Positions 41,181 through 54,151 of a stretch of DNA of 64,000 nucleotides are shown here, one piece after another. The stretch is from positions 2,549-66,548 of the forward strand of contig VRVR01000051.1 in NCBI GenBank assembly GCA_009859145.1, read 5' to 3'. Each line of letters begins with the position of its first letter. The stretch's first letter is position 1. Under the pieces are notes generated by a model. It was not told the DNA's origin, made no database searches, and saw only the letters and a program-made list of their open reading frames with translations. This DNA is from Andalucia godoyi And28. Lineage: Eukaryota > Protista > Jakobida. Position numbers and translations under genes: made by a program.

Positions 41181-42195
41181 ATGCCTTCGTCCTCGTCTTC
41201 TGGTCGTCGAACGACTCGCTCGAACCGCAACAAGCCGTCTAGTACGTCGTCGAATAGTGCAGTGTCTGTGGTGCCCAGCTCGTCAATGGGATTAAATTCT
41301 ACGGCGGCGGATGATGCCTATCCAGTTGCAACGTTTCGATATCCCGATGAGATCAATGATGTGCTGCTTGAAAAGTCCGTCGCGGCTGTTCAACATTCGA
41401 AAACAAGCATCGACCTGCAGGACGCCTGTGTCATTGAGCACTCGTTCATGACAACGGCTAATGACTGTTCGACGTTGTCTGCTGCTGTGCTCCCACCGAC
41501 ATCAATGATGGTATCGAACCCAGAGCTGTTCCAACAGGTTGCTGTTTTGCCGCGGTTCACGCAGAATTGCTTGCTCCCTCCGCAGCTCGCTGGCACGGGT
41601 GATGCGCAGGATGACGACAATGACACAGATCGTACAACTGCAATTGCGCCTGCGCCTGCGCCTGCGAATGTGTGTGTGTCGCTTGTCTCGCCGTCTCCGC
41701 AACTATTCTCCACTTTTTTGGCGCTGGAGAGAATACGAAAGCTCCGCGAAAGGATTCGAAAGGATGTCGGACAGCCGGTATTTGTTCGACAGCATGAATA
41801 CTCTATGCGGTCTGCACTGGATTCGCTGTCGAGCGCGCAGCAGAATCTGCAGACTGGGTCGCACTCGGGATTTTCGCCGGCAGCACTGCGGGCGTTCGTT
41901 TCTGCAAATCTGATGCTGCAAGGCGCGGATGCTGCCCGGTGTTCGGCACTCGATATCCTTGCTGCACTCGCGAAACGGTACATTTTGGGAATGGTGAAGA
42001 GACTGCGGGTTTTCGTCGACTCGGCTGCAGTTCAAACAAGCGACATGCAACCGTACATGTTATTGCTAGGATCTGGCGCAACAACGGCCACGGACTTGCT
42101 TCTCTACTACCGACGCGAGGTCAAGGGCCTCGTGTCACAGATCCTTCATGCAGAAACCAAGATTCTGCACAAGTATCGAAAACTTGTTTCCGTAT

Positions 42196-42277
<82 letters not shown>

Positions 42278-42287
42278 TTTTCTTTTC

Positions 42288-42322
<35 letters not shown>

Positions 42323-43344
42323 TACGTAATGTGTGATGATGTTTCTGAGCTGTTTTTTCTGACGCCCATGTTGCTTTTCTTCTTCATTTTTATTTTTATT
42401 TTTTTTATAATTTAATTTAATTATTTATTTATTATTATTTTTTGTTTTTTGCTGTTGCATTTCGCGGGTATAGGCCGATGGAGGGAAAGGTGGGTATTTG
42501 AACGAGGCAAACGTCTTGTTCTTCTCTTCCAAGTTTTCGGATGCACAAGACACTCGAGCCGGTGGTGATAATGATGTAGATTTTTTGTTCGGAGCTACAG
42601 AACCCAAGCCACCTCAGACCGCGGCAGTCAAGGCCGAGCCAGGCCGAGCCGATTTGGTCACATCAATCAAGATTCCTGCCAAGTACGTGTTTCTTTTTTT
42701 CCTTGTCTCTCTGTCACGTGTCTTTTGTTTGTTCTTCATCGCTGCTGTAGACTAGGCGCTGACAATTGATTCCCTTCTTTCCCTTCCTTTTATGATGTAG
42801 AGCTCGGGCTGCTGCGGTGTCTGCTGCCGAGGAAAAGAAGCCTCCAAAGAACACGAAAAAGAAGGCTGGAGCTGCTGCAAGTGCAGCTGCCGCTGCTGCT
42901 GCTGCTGCCGCCGCCGCTGCTGCTGGTAGTGCAGCCGCAGGTCCTGTTCCTCCGAGTGCCAACTCCGCTCCAGCTTCTGGGACTGCTGCAGGCTTGACTG
43001 TGCAGACGCCTTCGACGTTTGGGCCGTCTGGATCGCTGCACGTTCCGTTGCTGACTCCTAGTCCGTCGAACGCGTCTGCGCAACCGTCAACTGCAGGCAC
43101 GCCGTTTGCAGGTGCGCCGGTGGACAGCCGGCCAATTCCAAAGACAAAGGCAACGGTGAAGAGGGAAAATGACGGTACTGAACTGGAGGGCAAACCACAA
43201 GCAAAGAGAGCAAGGCCTGCACGACCTCCCGCGACTCCGTCGGCTGGTGCCGCTGCTCCGCCCGGCCCTTCGGCTCCTGCGACTCCTGTGCCAATTACTC
43301 CTGGAACTCCGTCCGCCAGCACTGTATTTCCACATTCCGGATAG
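41181..43344 (+). CDS. Bromodomain-associated histone-fold protein (SPT7/SUPT7L-like); 3 exons: 41181-42191, 42474-42682, 42801-43344
   Basis: Histone-fold-like ALRAFVSANLMLQGADAARCSALDILAALAKRYI. The introns GTATGT...TATAG (phase 0) and GTACGT...TGTAG (phase 2) join the three ORF pieces in frame. Confidence 0.65.
42199..42321. repeat. Compound (CT)n-(AT)n-(GT)n microsatellite inside intron 1 of the SPT7-like gene
   Basis: Seen directly in the sequence. Confidence 0.95.
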
Positions 43345-43808
43345 ATCTGTGTGCGTGTGTGCGTGTGTGTGCGCGTGTGTGTCAGTTTCTCTCTCTCTCT
43401 CTTTCTCTCTCGCGCGCGCGTTGATATACAGCAAACGACAAATTGCACAGAGCCCCCAGTACATAGAACGAAATACAAAGTCTTTCGTTTATTTTTAATC
43501 ATCCCTTTTTTCCTTCCGAATCATACAGAAGAAGAAAGCACACGGAACGAAGAGAGGATGTGGATTGCACCAGAAAGCCTGTACTGCATCCACGAACAAA
43601 AGCTCAGCGGGCCCATATTCAGAGTGTCAACGACGAACGTTTTTTCTACTTCATTACCGGCGTTGACGCAAACTGTGCTGAAAAATGCAGGCGTCTGCCG
43701 GTAACTCCCAGTATTATTACCAACAACCGCGTCAGTACAGTGACTGACTGGCCTCGGCTAAGGACAGCCGAGGAGTTTGCGTGTGGGAGATGCGCCAATC
43801 CGACACCG

Positions 43809-44798
43809 CTACGAGTCAACGTAGATGGCGCAGAACGGGGACATGTGTTCAAACTTTGGAGTTCTCCAGTCGGGTCCGAACACGAGTTTCAGAGAGCCTT
43901 CGATATCTTTCTGGACTCTCATTTGGCGTCCTAGACAGACATTGCCCCACGTGAGCCCGGCGAGGAACTCATCGGTGACTCCTCCGAAGCCAAACAGGTC
44001 AATGATCTTTGGCTCCCCATCTCTCTCGTAATACTGCGGTCGCACAGGCCAGTTACCCTCGTCAAACCGCACTGCGATCCCTGAGCCTCCTCGCAGCACC
44101 TCAAACTCGAATCCCGCAGCCGCGAGAACCTTCATTGCCGCACCTACATCCTCGATGCGCATCCCGAGGTCCAGATCGTGCTCCCACGGTATCGGGAATC
44201 CGGGGTGTCGCCCATAAGCAAGAAGCGAGCCTTGGACCGCCCACGTCTTGATTCCTGCAGCGTCAAGCACCGCAGTCACCTGCCCGCCTCGCTCGCACAT
44301 CAGCTCATGGTATCCGCGCGGATAGGCACACCACACATGCCACAGCATGAGCGACTTGGCAGCCAGCACAATGCCAAGCACCAGCGCGAGGACCATCGAC
44401 ACCTTTGCATTCCGCTGCAACAGCGCCGAGAATGAGGACAGCCGAGAAGCAGACACCAGTCCCTGCGGGGCCGTCGTGCAGCATCGCTTGTAAACGTAAA
44501 CAGGAAGCAGCAGCACGAACACAAGGATGCAGGAAATCGTCGTAAACACAGACGCAACCATCGCTGCCGCCGAAGACTTGTTTGACGAATGTGCGTGAGC
44601 ATGATGGGCGTGAGCGGATGCAGAAGCCGATGCGAGATTCGGCATCGTGAACACATGACTTGAAAAAAGATGGACAAACGTCATCGGGAGGAACAACATG
44701 CTCAGGACCGCCGGATACGGACTGAACTCGCGCCAAAAGTATGAGAAGAACACGCTGTTGAACAAGAGCAACAGAAACAAGAGACTCCTACTCAACAT
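43809..44798 (-). CDS. Membrane-anchored LicD/fukutin-family nucleotidyltransferase
   Basis: TWAVQGSLLAYGRHPGFPIPWEHDLDLGM, IIDLF and C-terminal FGPDWRTPK, with N-terminal hydrophobic segments. Confidence 0.8.
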   Translation of the reverse strand: MLSRSLLFLLLLFNSVFFSYFWREFSPYPAVLSMLFLPMTFVHLFSSHVFTMPNLASASASAHAHHAHAHSSNKSSAAAMVASVFTTISCILVFVLLLPVYVYKRCCTTAPQGLVSASRLSSFSALLQRNAKVSMVLALVLGIVLAAKSLMLWHVWCAYPRGYHELMCERGGQVTAVLDAAGIKTWAVQGSLLAYGRHPGFPIPWEHDLDLGMRIEDVGAAMKVLAAAGFEFEVLRGGSGIAVRFDEGNWPVRPQYYERDGEPKIIDLFGFGGVTDEFLAGLTWGNVCLGRQMRVQKDIEGSLKLVFGPDWRTPKFEHMSPFCAIYVDS

Positions 44799-44846
44799 TT
44801 TTTCTTTTTCTTTTTTTCTTCCCTCTCTCTCTCTCTCTCTCTCTCC

Positions 44847-44896
<50 letters not shown>

Positions 44897-45129
44897 AACG
44901 TGAGCCATTAAGAAGAGAGACAGAAATAGAAAAACAGAGGGAGAAAGAGAGATATCATTCGTGATGAAGCGATGATGGGTGGATGCGATTGATGGGTCTG
45001 AAAGCTGATGAGTTCCTTTTCAGGCATGGTACTCAACAGCCCACAAGAGTCGCTCAGATAATCTCCAAAAGCTCTTTGTCCACTTAAGGACGGCGACTGC
45101 CTGCTTGTCTCTGTTGGTCAGTCAGTCCT

Positions 45130-45212
45130 TGTGTGAGTGTGAGAGAGTGAGAGAGTGTGAGTGTGAGAGAGTGAGAGAGTGAGAGAGTGAGAGAGTGAGA
45201 GAGTGAGAGAGA
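45130..45212. repeat. (GAGAGAGT)n-type purine-rich tandem repeat directly upstream of the LRR-anoctamin ATG
   Basis: Seen directly in the sequence. Confidence 0.9.
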
Positions 45213-45222
45213 AAGGGGGAAG

Positions 45223-45483
45223 ATGCTGGATTTGTGTCCGATACTGGAAGACGACTTGTCGATCGTGTCGTTTTCGGATCTTGATGTTCTTGACTTGCGA
45301 GGCGTTTCGACAGTGTCTGGGCTGTCCGAGTTCAACACGGTCGGTACAGCGACAACGCGCGTCCTGCTCGACGAGTGCACGCTTCTGTTCACCCGGTCCA
45401 ACACTGTGCAAAACAAGAAACCACAATCGCAACCGCAACCGTCGCTGCTCAATAGCACCGACGCATACGACAGTTTATCAACA

Positions 45484-45527
<44 letters not shown>

Positions 45528-48500
45528 TGGTAGTAGTAGTAGCGGTAGTGGTAGTGGTAGTGGTAGTGCGTCGCTCGACTTTAGCGCAAAGAGTCGGATT
45601 TCCCAAAGTAATGTGCTGATGCGACTGCTGCCTGCAGTGCACTTATCGCGGTTGTCGCTTGCAAAACTCGTTCCTGCGCCCTCGCTGCTGGAGCTTTTGG
45701 AGAATATCCCGTTTGCATTTCCAATGCTGCAGTGCTTGGATCTGTCCAACACGCCGCTTTCCGCACAGTATCTGACGGCAGTCGCTGCGGCAGTCGCTCC
45801 ATACTCGGCAGTCTCGCATGCGGTTGGAGTCCAGGAACTGTGCTTAGCGGGTTGCGAAATTGATCCAAAGGGTTGCAAGGCGTTCGTCGATGCCGTTTGC
45901 GCGGGCGCGCAGGACTCGGCGCTCCGCGAAAGATCTTCCACCACCACCACCACCACCACCGCCAGTGCGGCCGCCAGTCTCAGCGAAGGACTTCGCGAGA
46001 ATGCGGCAGACGCCTCGGTAGACGCCGCAAGTTCGGCTCGGCTTGCGAATGCCAAGCTTGCACTGCAAATCCTGGATGTTTCTGGGAATTATCTGTCGGC
46101 ATCATCGCTACTCATTCTGTCGGCGGCCTTGCCACCGTCGTTGAAGACTCTCAACGTGGCGAAAAATCCGATCCGAGACTCGGCAAAGTTGGATGCTGCT
46201 GCCGCGGCTTTGGGATCGCTTCCAAACTTGGAGGTCCTCTGTCTGGGCGGGACGATGATGTCCAGCTCGCTGGGCAGGCTGCTCATGATCATAAGTGAAC
46301 TCGGAGCTGTTGCCCGCAAGCAATTTGGGACGTATGCATTATCCACCCTCGACCTGACAAATTCAAAAATGTCTGAAAAGTGCTTTGAAGGACTCTCCTC
46401 GTTGTTGATAGCAGGTGGAGTGCGACTGTCAACATTGATCCTGAATCACATTGTGTTGGACGAAGACGCCTGGGTTGCGTGCCACCAATTCTTCAAAAAC
46501 GCAATCTCAGCGAATACCTTCCTTCGGGTTCTGGAGATCGATAACGTGTTTCCTGCTTATCCATCCATGTTTCCCCAGATGAAATCGCATCAATTGGCCC
46601 TCAGCTTGCCTGCAGAATTTGAGAATGATCCGCGAAGCGCAGTATATGACGGTGACGACGTAGACTTCCTGGTGAGGGAGTTGCTTGCGAGCATTGCGGT
46701 TTCTCCGTCGTTGCAGTCTGTATCGCTGAATGCAAATGGGTTGCATGATGGATACATGGATTTACTGGAACATTTTTGTTTGAAAAAATCCTCTGTGCTC
46801 AAGAAACTGCATGTTGCGCACAATTTCTTGACTAGGTTTCCCTTCGTCGGCGGACCTTCGAAACCCTTGCTGTCCATTCAAAACTCGGCCCCAATGCCCG
46901 ACTTTCCTCGACTGGAGTCGTTTGATTACTCGAAGAATCCAGTCATGTTGACGTCGTTTGCAGTGCAGCTGCCGGTTGTTCCAACATCAACCATTCCCGT
47001 TTCTGCTTCCTCTGCGAAATTGCCGACAAACACCAGTGCGCAGTCCTTCTCTGGAACGATCACAGATGCGTTTTTGGCGACGTTTTTGCCGCACGCTCCT
47101 GGTTTGAAGGAACTGCAGCTCTCCGGCTTGCCAGAAGTAACAATGCCGTTATTGGCGAACATGATTGGATTGTCTGCCATCGTTGGACTGAAGATCGACT
47201 GTTCCTCCTCCGTGGACCAGTCATTGGCCGTGTGCTTGAAGGATCGCAGCGATATGGTTTACGTGAATGGACTGAATCACATCTCGGAAATCACTGCTTC
47301 GTGGCACACCATTGTTGCTCCTTGGAAGTTCTTTGAGTCTCCCTCGAACATTCGGTTCGCCTCTGCTGCTGTTTTCCAGCGTGCTGTCTCCCGATGCATG
47401 CAGACAACCATCTTCCAAGCCTCTCCGCTGTTACTGCAACACGGATTCTCGTTGGGTGCGGCTCTTTCTGCACTGCGGTCGACGCTTGTGGTTCTGGATC
47501 TTTCCGATTGCAGAATTACGGACGAAGTGTTCAGCCGTGAAGTCCTGGGACACATTCCCCATCTTTCGAGTTTGTTGAAGTTGCGCCTCAAAGGCAACTT
47601 GCTCACTCTCGCCTCCATGAAGAAACTGTGTCCTGCCATGGAAAACACGGGCATTACATATGTCTCCCTCAATGTGTCGTATAACAAGCTGGATCTCGAA
47701 GGTCTTGTCTTCGTTACCCAAACGGCTCATAAGTTTTGTCGTAATCTGACAATTGTCCACGATGATATTTTTTCTCCAGCAGCAGCAGCTACAACAACAA
47801 CAACGTCGTCGTCGTCGTCGTCTTCTTTTGGTACTGGTGTTTCCAGTGCGTTCTCTCCTTCTGCGCAAGCTTCAATGAGTCGGATGATCGACATGCTGTT
47901 GCAAATCATGAATCGGCAAGACAGGCATCCCCTTCGATCCTTTTGTGGCATCAATTTTGATCAAGTCACCGCAGTGAATCGCAAAGAATTGACCTTCCGG
48001 CGCTTTTCATCTCAGTTTATGGCCGACATGTATCTTGGACTTGAAGAACGATTGGCGCCGACCACATTGGCGAATATTTGCACTATCGAGTTCGCGAATT
48101 CGTCGTTGTCCCGGTACTCCTTCGGGATCGTTGTCGGCCAACTCATCTGGAAGTGCGAAAACCTCAAACAACTGATTTTCGATAACTGTACCTTTGATCT
48201 TGATTTCTGTCGTGCACTGCAAGAGTACAGCCCCCCTTCGCAGTTGGATCGAGTGGCGTCGCAATTCAACAAGAGTGTGTTTTCCGAGTTTAAGAAGTCC
48301 ACTCGCAAGCCATGTGCCCTCGAATTTCGAAGCTGTCTTGTGCCGACCTTCTCGTTTTTGCTGAACATCAAGCTGTTTTCACTAAAAGAATTGTCCGTGA
48401 TGGACTGGAAGCGGGCCTTGAACGTCGAGGAGGTGGATGTTGGTGGCCCCTCACCTGAAGATTCCAGACCGCTGGAGCTCAGCACTGCGGACATTGGCGA

Positions 48501-51500
48501 TGTCATAGAATCGGAGTTTGCTTCTTCGTCGCTACCTTATTCTGCATCTCATCGTCGAGAATCGACAGATCCGATGATTGAAGTGATTCGATCCATCATC
48601 AATTGCCATGCACAAACGCTGAAACGGATGAACCTGTCAGGATTTCGCAGTTTGTTGAGCGGGGATTCTGAAACGACGTTTGCGACCATTGCTTCGTGTG
48701 AAAAATTGGAAGAACTGGCTGTGGACGCTACCCGCATCGGCAGGGACTCTTTCATGGCCGTTGTTCCGTTGCTCCTCCAGTACTGCTCCTCATTGCGAGT
48801 GCTGTGCGTATCGGGATTGGATCACGGTCAGAACTCCGGAAACGCTCTGTCGCTTGCTCAAGTCCGTCTGCTGCTCGCAGAAGTCCGACAACACAATTCC
48901 ATTCGGGTTCTCGCAGGTGTCTTTCCCGACGATCCATCGTCTGTTGAGTGGAAGAGGCTTTCGCTCGAATTGCGCTGCAATGGAACTCCCGTGATTGACG
49001 TTTCCTACTCTACGGAGGAACTGCAAGACTCTTACTTTGCATTGTGTATTTTGAGATCGATCTTCAAGCGGCAAGCTTGGTTGAACATGTTCGACATCAT
49101 CGAGAGGTTACCAGCAGCGACGTTTCCGTTGTGTCTTCCGCTGATATTTTGTACGGATCATGTTTCCTTTGTCCAGCAATCCGCAAAGGCAACAAAGGCA
49201 TTTGTGGAACGGGTCCCTGTGTTAGTGAACAAGTTCCCAGGTCCGTGGGCATTCGACCTGCAGAAGCTGCAGTTGAATCTGCAAATTGAAGCGGTGCCGG
49301 CCAAGTTGGCGGAGTCAATGATTGTCAGTTGCAACCCTTTGATTCTATCTCACGAGTATTGGTTCGTGGAGCGGGAATTCAGAGACTATGCAGACAAGTT
49401 TTGCAGTTCCAATGGTGTCGACATCTCCCTGTCTGAAATCTATCCTTTTGAAGACGGGTTTTTTGTGGCTCCCGATGATCCTCTTCTTGTGGGAATCCGC
49501 AAGGGGCTGGTCGCATGGGTCGCAAAAGTGTGCAGCGATTCGGAGATCCTCATGCGAACTAAAGTCGTGTTTGACTGTGTTGCCTACATATTCTCGCGAA
49601 CTGCAGGCGGGACGCTGGTGACTCCCTCTCTGAACTCTGCCCCAGGGCTCACTCTCACTCTCGCTTCTTCCTTGCCGGCGAACAGCCAGAGTCCCATGAC
49701 GGATTCTTCCTCTGTCCGGATGCTGCAGTCCCTTCTGGAGCGCGAGCCGCCGTTTGAACAAGCGTGGGTACCCTGGATCGTACGGTCTGTAGGCGTTACG
49801 TATCTCACACAAAGCGGGTCGTCGCTGTTTCACATGACTGCAAAACATGGTTGCACTGTTGTGCTTCTTGAACTATGTGATAGGCTGCATGCGTCATCCG
49901 CAGCTGGCGCACCGAATCTCAGTGCGTTCGATGGCAGCAAGGAATCGACCCTTGCGTTTCTTCTGCGTCGCAATGCCGCTGGCTTCACTGCCAGAGACCT
50001 GACATGCCCAAGGGATGACTGCCGGGAGATTCATGACAAGTTGTTGGCGGAGGAAAACAGAATGTGGGAAACAGCGGCCGATGTTCACGATCAGTATCTA
50101 GAACAAGCTGTGCGGCAGGCGCATTGCGTGCTGATCCGGACGATCCGAGAAGCATCTGCTGGAGAAGAAGCGTTGCTGGCTAGATTTCGAAGCAGCATGA
50201 TGCAGAAATGGCTCACCGTTGACCGATGTCCGCATCCCCATCGGCCAGACCTCGAAGTGTGGTGCATTCGAATGATTCCCTCCCGGGCGGCATTCCTGCA
50301 TTCCACTCTTCCGTCCAACTCCTTTGTCATCGGCCGCAGCGCTTCTCTTGACAACGCTGCAGATCTGAAGTCGCGAGATGCACAAATGACCAATACCTCT
50401 CCCTTCCCGTCTCTTCCTTCCCTTGTGCTGCAGTCGATTGTGCTAGACGTCATGTGCTCAGTGATTCAGACGTCTGTACCTACTCTTCTTCCACAGGGCT
50501 ACTGCCCAAACACGATTTTGGAAATGCTGGAAACCAAGCATTTCAAGGCTGCCTTCTGTCCGCATGAGCCTGCAGAAGTATCAGCCCTCTCGCACGCGTG
50601 GCTCGCGTCTATGGAGCCTCTGACCTCTCTTTCGTCTCGAGAATTTCTTCGCGAGACGCCGTATCATGTGCACGGCGGGCTGCAGATTCTGCGCGACTAT
50701 TTTGGAGAGCATATTGCAATTTATCTGTTGTTCGGCTGCACTCTGTTCTCGCATATTCTGCGACTGTTAATGTTTCTTCTGCTGTTTCATGGCTTCTGCT
50801 GGTACTATGACGTTTCTCGGCATGTCTCTGTCGTGGTGAATTCGTTTGCAATGATTTTTGGAGGAAGGATGCTGTTGACGGCTCTCAGGCAGAAGAGTTC
50901 CGAAGCGTCCTTTGCGTGGGAGGTCCTGGACTATGAAGACGCTCTGGAGCAAGTTCGGCCGCAATTTCGGGGTTTGAAGGGCCTGGTGTCAGTGAATCCG
51001 ATCACAGGGGAAGCAGAACCATATTTTCCATCGTCGAGAAGGCTCCTTCGCGTCCTGTTTTCTGCGTTGATTGCTGGAGGCTTCATGGTTATCGCCGGTG
51101 CAATCAACATCCTCAGGACACACTATGCTCGCAAACTGGAGCTCCTGTCCTCTGCGACCAATGTGGAAGCTGAGGCTGTGTTCTATACGAGGTTGCAAGC
51201 GTCTCTTTCTGTCGGATATGCGATCTCCGTGATCATCATGGCCGGCCTCTATCGGTCGGTCATGATGAAGCTGACGGACTTTGAGAATTGGCGAGCGCAG
51301 TCGCAGTGGGTATCTTCGCTTGTCCTCAAGAACACTGCGTTTTCCTTTGCGAACTCGTACGGTGCCTTGCTGCTGTTCTTGTATCATGGCTACGGCAACG
51401 TTGACACACTGCTCAGCGGCCTGTCTTCTGGCTTAACAAGCTTGCTGATTGCTCGGTTGGCATCGGGACCTGTTATTGAACATGTGTTTCCGCTGCTGCA

Positions 51501-52368
51501 ATTCCGCATTACGGCTCTCCTTTCGCGATCCTCCGTTTTCGGTCGGAAGAAAGACTTTTCTCCCACGTCGTCGTCACTTGCATCCGCATCCCCGTCATCC
51601 AGAGCGTCTTCCGTCGATCGCCAAGGATGGTCAAAACGAAAGGAAAAGTCAGGAAACAAGGCGGCGGGACAGGCAGCAACGTCCAGGACCCATGCTGCAG
51701 GATCCTCTCTTTTCCACCAGCTGCTGATGTCTTCCAAGTCCCCCATGAAGAACGTAGAAGACCGCCTGGACGAGTCGTCTCGGGTGTCGTATGGCGATCA
51801 TTTGTTCTCCGAGTATGCAGATCTCGTTGATGTTTTTGGGCTGCTGTTCTTGTTCGCCGCCAGTGCACCGGGCGCTGTTGCCTTGGCAGCGGTGTATATT
51901 GGCGCCCAGATTAAAGGCGACGTTTTCAAGTTCACGTTTGTCAACCGAAGAACGCAGCGCAGAATCACATCTGGAATCGGAGTGTGGCTTCCGGTGCTTG
52001 AGAACCTATGGATCGCGTCGATCTTTTCGAATGCATTCATGATTGCACATTCTCTCCGGCCGTTTCTAAGTCACATTTGCACGGTCCTCCAATCCGGGAG
52101 GTTCCTGTTTGACGCTGCGCAGATTTATCTGTTGGGAAGCGAAGCCCCGATTGTGCCGCTTGCTGGCTACTGTTCCGATCAGAGTGCTGCGCAAGCAGAT
52201 GTGTCCATTGTCTCATGGATGTGGATCCTCATCGTTGTGTTTTTGCTGTCAACCCTCATGGTGTTTCGCAATCTTGCCGTGGGATCCCTTCGCCACTTGG
52301 CCCCGTGGGTTCGAAAAGAAATCTATCGACAACGACTCCGTCAAAAAGCCAGTCGAAACGTTGCTTAG
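45223..52368 (+). CDS. LRR (RNI-like) + ankyrin-like + anoctamin/TMEM16 fusion protein
   Basis: Many LxxLxLSxNxL units; ankyrin-like SLFHMTAKHGC...RNAAGFTARDL; anoctamin motifs ILRDYFGEHIAIYL, VRPQFRG, LTDFENWRAQSQWVSSLVLK, EYADLVDVFGLLFLFAASAP and DVFKFTFVNRRT...GIGVW. Confidence 0.88.
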
Positions 52369-52653
52369 CCCGTCTCTTAACTTATATTTTACAGCCATCT
52401 TTGATTCACACACTCTGCTTTGTGAGTGTCCCGCACGTTGTACGTATGTGTGTGTGTGTGTGTGTGTGTGTCCGCGAGTTTCTGAGCCTATCGATGTCCC
52501 TCAGAAACTCCCAGTCTGTCTTTCCTACCTCTCAATTTCCAACAAGTATTGCTGTTTGAAACCCGAAAATAAAACAAGTCGAAAGCTCGACACAAAACAA
52601 ACGAAAAAGGGGAAGAAGAAGAAGAAGAAGAAGAAGAAGGAAGGAAGCGCTGG

Positions 52654-53754
52654 CTATTCCAGGATGTTGTAGGCCATATGAACGTAACGGAATGCCAAGA
52701 AGTGTGTCACACCCTGCAACACGGTGCAGATGTGCCAAATTGGATGTGACCACCAGCCGAAATCCAGCTTGCCAGGGGCCCATCGTTCCGGAATGCGGAG
52801 CACCACCAGAGTCGCACCAATCAGGAGGAAGACCCAGCCTTCGATCGTCGCCCGAGTAGTCGCCAGCCAGACTTCCAATGCGATTTCGCCAGGCTGGACC
52901 GGTCTATCTACTTGCTCGATTCCTCTGTGCGGCGACAGCCCGAACCACTGGTCAGGCCCGAACTGATCGAGCCGTGTAAACCCATGTGCAATCGGAACCA
53001 CAAAGTACAGTCCTGCAACAATGAACAGCGCCGATCGAAACCTGCGAAACTCGCGGCTGTGAAAGTGCTTCACGAACACTGCGGTATATGCATTCGCGGC
53101 AATCAAAAGGAGCAGCACCGCCGAGTGAACCCATCGAAACCCGTCCAGCGCAGCATCGTTCTTCCTCTCCGTGTCGTGACTCTTGAAAATTGCAAAGATT
53201 GGAAGAATCTGGCATGACACTGCAGTTCCAAGAATCGCTATGGCATCGCATCGCAAGCCGGTCTGATAGTGGCGATGTGAACAGCACCCAATCGTATGAA
53301 ACACAACCGAGCCTATGCACGTCACGACTCCGCCAACAGGAATCAGCGTGAGGAGGAACGGGTCGTTGCACGCGACGGAGTGCAGCGCAAGCAAAACGAA
53401 TAGCAGCGCACCCAAAACATGCGTCCAGCAATTCAGCATTTCATTGTGCCATTTTCCAACAAGCGACATCACGGACTCCAGAATACTCATCGGAGGCCGA
53501 TATCCGTGTATTACGTACGGAGTTCGATAGTACGGGGCAACGGCCGGAAAATCAATCAGCCGCATCTGCTGTGCACTTCGAAATGACGCGTATAACCGCG
53601 CAAGCATAGTCGTCTTCTGCAGTCCTCCCTTCACCAGTCGTCCATCCTTATCATCGACGCCCTGTCGTGCATCATCAGCGTGCTCTTTGCCGCCATCACC
53701 AGTCACCATCACTCTCCCGCTATTCCGCGGCAACCGTTGCTTGGAGCCTCCCAT
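52654..53754 (-). CDS. PAQR (adiponectin receptor / haemolysin III) family 7TM protein
   Basis: PYVIHGYRP, HNEMLNCWTH, SVVFHTIGC, CDAIAI and IPERWAPGKLDFGWWSHPIWH. Confidence 0.92.
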   Translation of the reverse strand: MGGSKQRLPRNSGRVMVTGDGGKEHADDARQGVDDKDGRLVKGGLQKTTMLARLYASFRSAQQMRLIDFPAVAPYYRTPYVIHGYRPPMSILESVMSLVGKWHNEMLNCWTHVLGALLFVLLALHSVACNDPFLLTLIPVGGVVTCIGSVVFHTIGCCSHRHYQTGLRCDAIAILGTAVSCQILPIFAIFKSHDTERKNDAALDGFRWVHSAVLLLLIAANAYTAVFVKHFHSREFRRFRSALFIVAGLYFVVPIAHGFTRLDQFGPDQWFGLSPHRGIEQVDRPVQPGEIALEVWLATTRATIEGWVFLLIGATLVVLRIPERWAPGKLDFGWWSHPIWHICTVLQGVTHFLAFRYVHMAYNILE

Positions 53755-54151
53755 GTCCTTCCTCTTTTCCTTTTTTCTTTTTCTTTTTCTTTTTTCTTTT
53801 ATCTTTTTTCTTTTATCTTTTTTTCCTTCGGTTTTTCCTTGCTTTAATTGTTATTCTTCGTTAATGTTTTCTTCTGCTGGCCTTTCTTCCCGCTCGGTGA
53901 AGCATTGCAGAGAAGCAGAAAGTGCGGGAAAACGAATCACTCAGACGGCGTTTGCTGCAGTGATGAGTTGAGACTGGAGACTTGACACAAGAGAGACTTG
54001 AGACTTGGGACAGCGCGCTCTCCCAAACCTCTCTTGCTCTCGGCTGGTGTAAAGAGAGAGTGTTTGTAAGAGAGAGTGAGAGAGAGAGAGAGTGAGTGTG
54101 TGTGTGTGTGTGTGTGTTCGGAGAAGAGACGAGGAAGGGCGGAATGACGAG

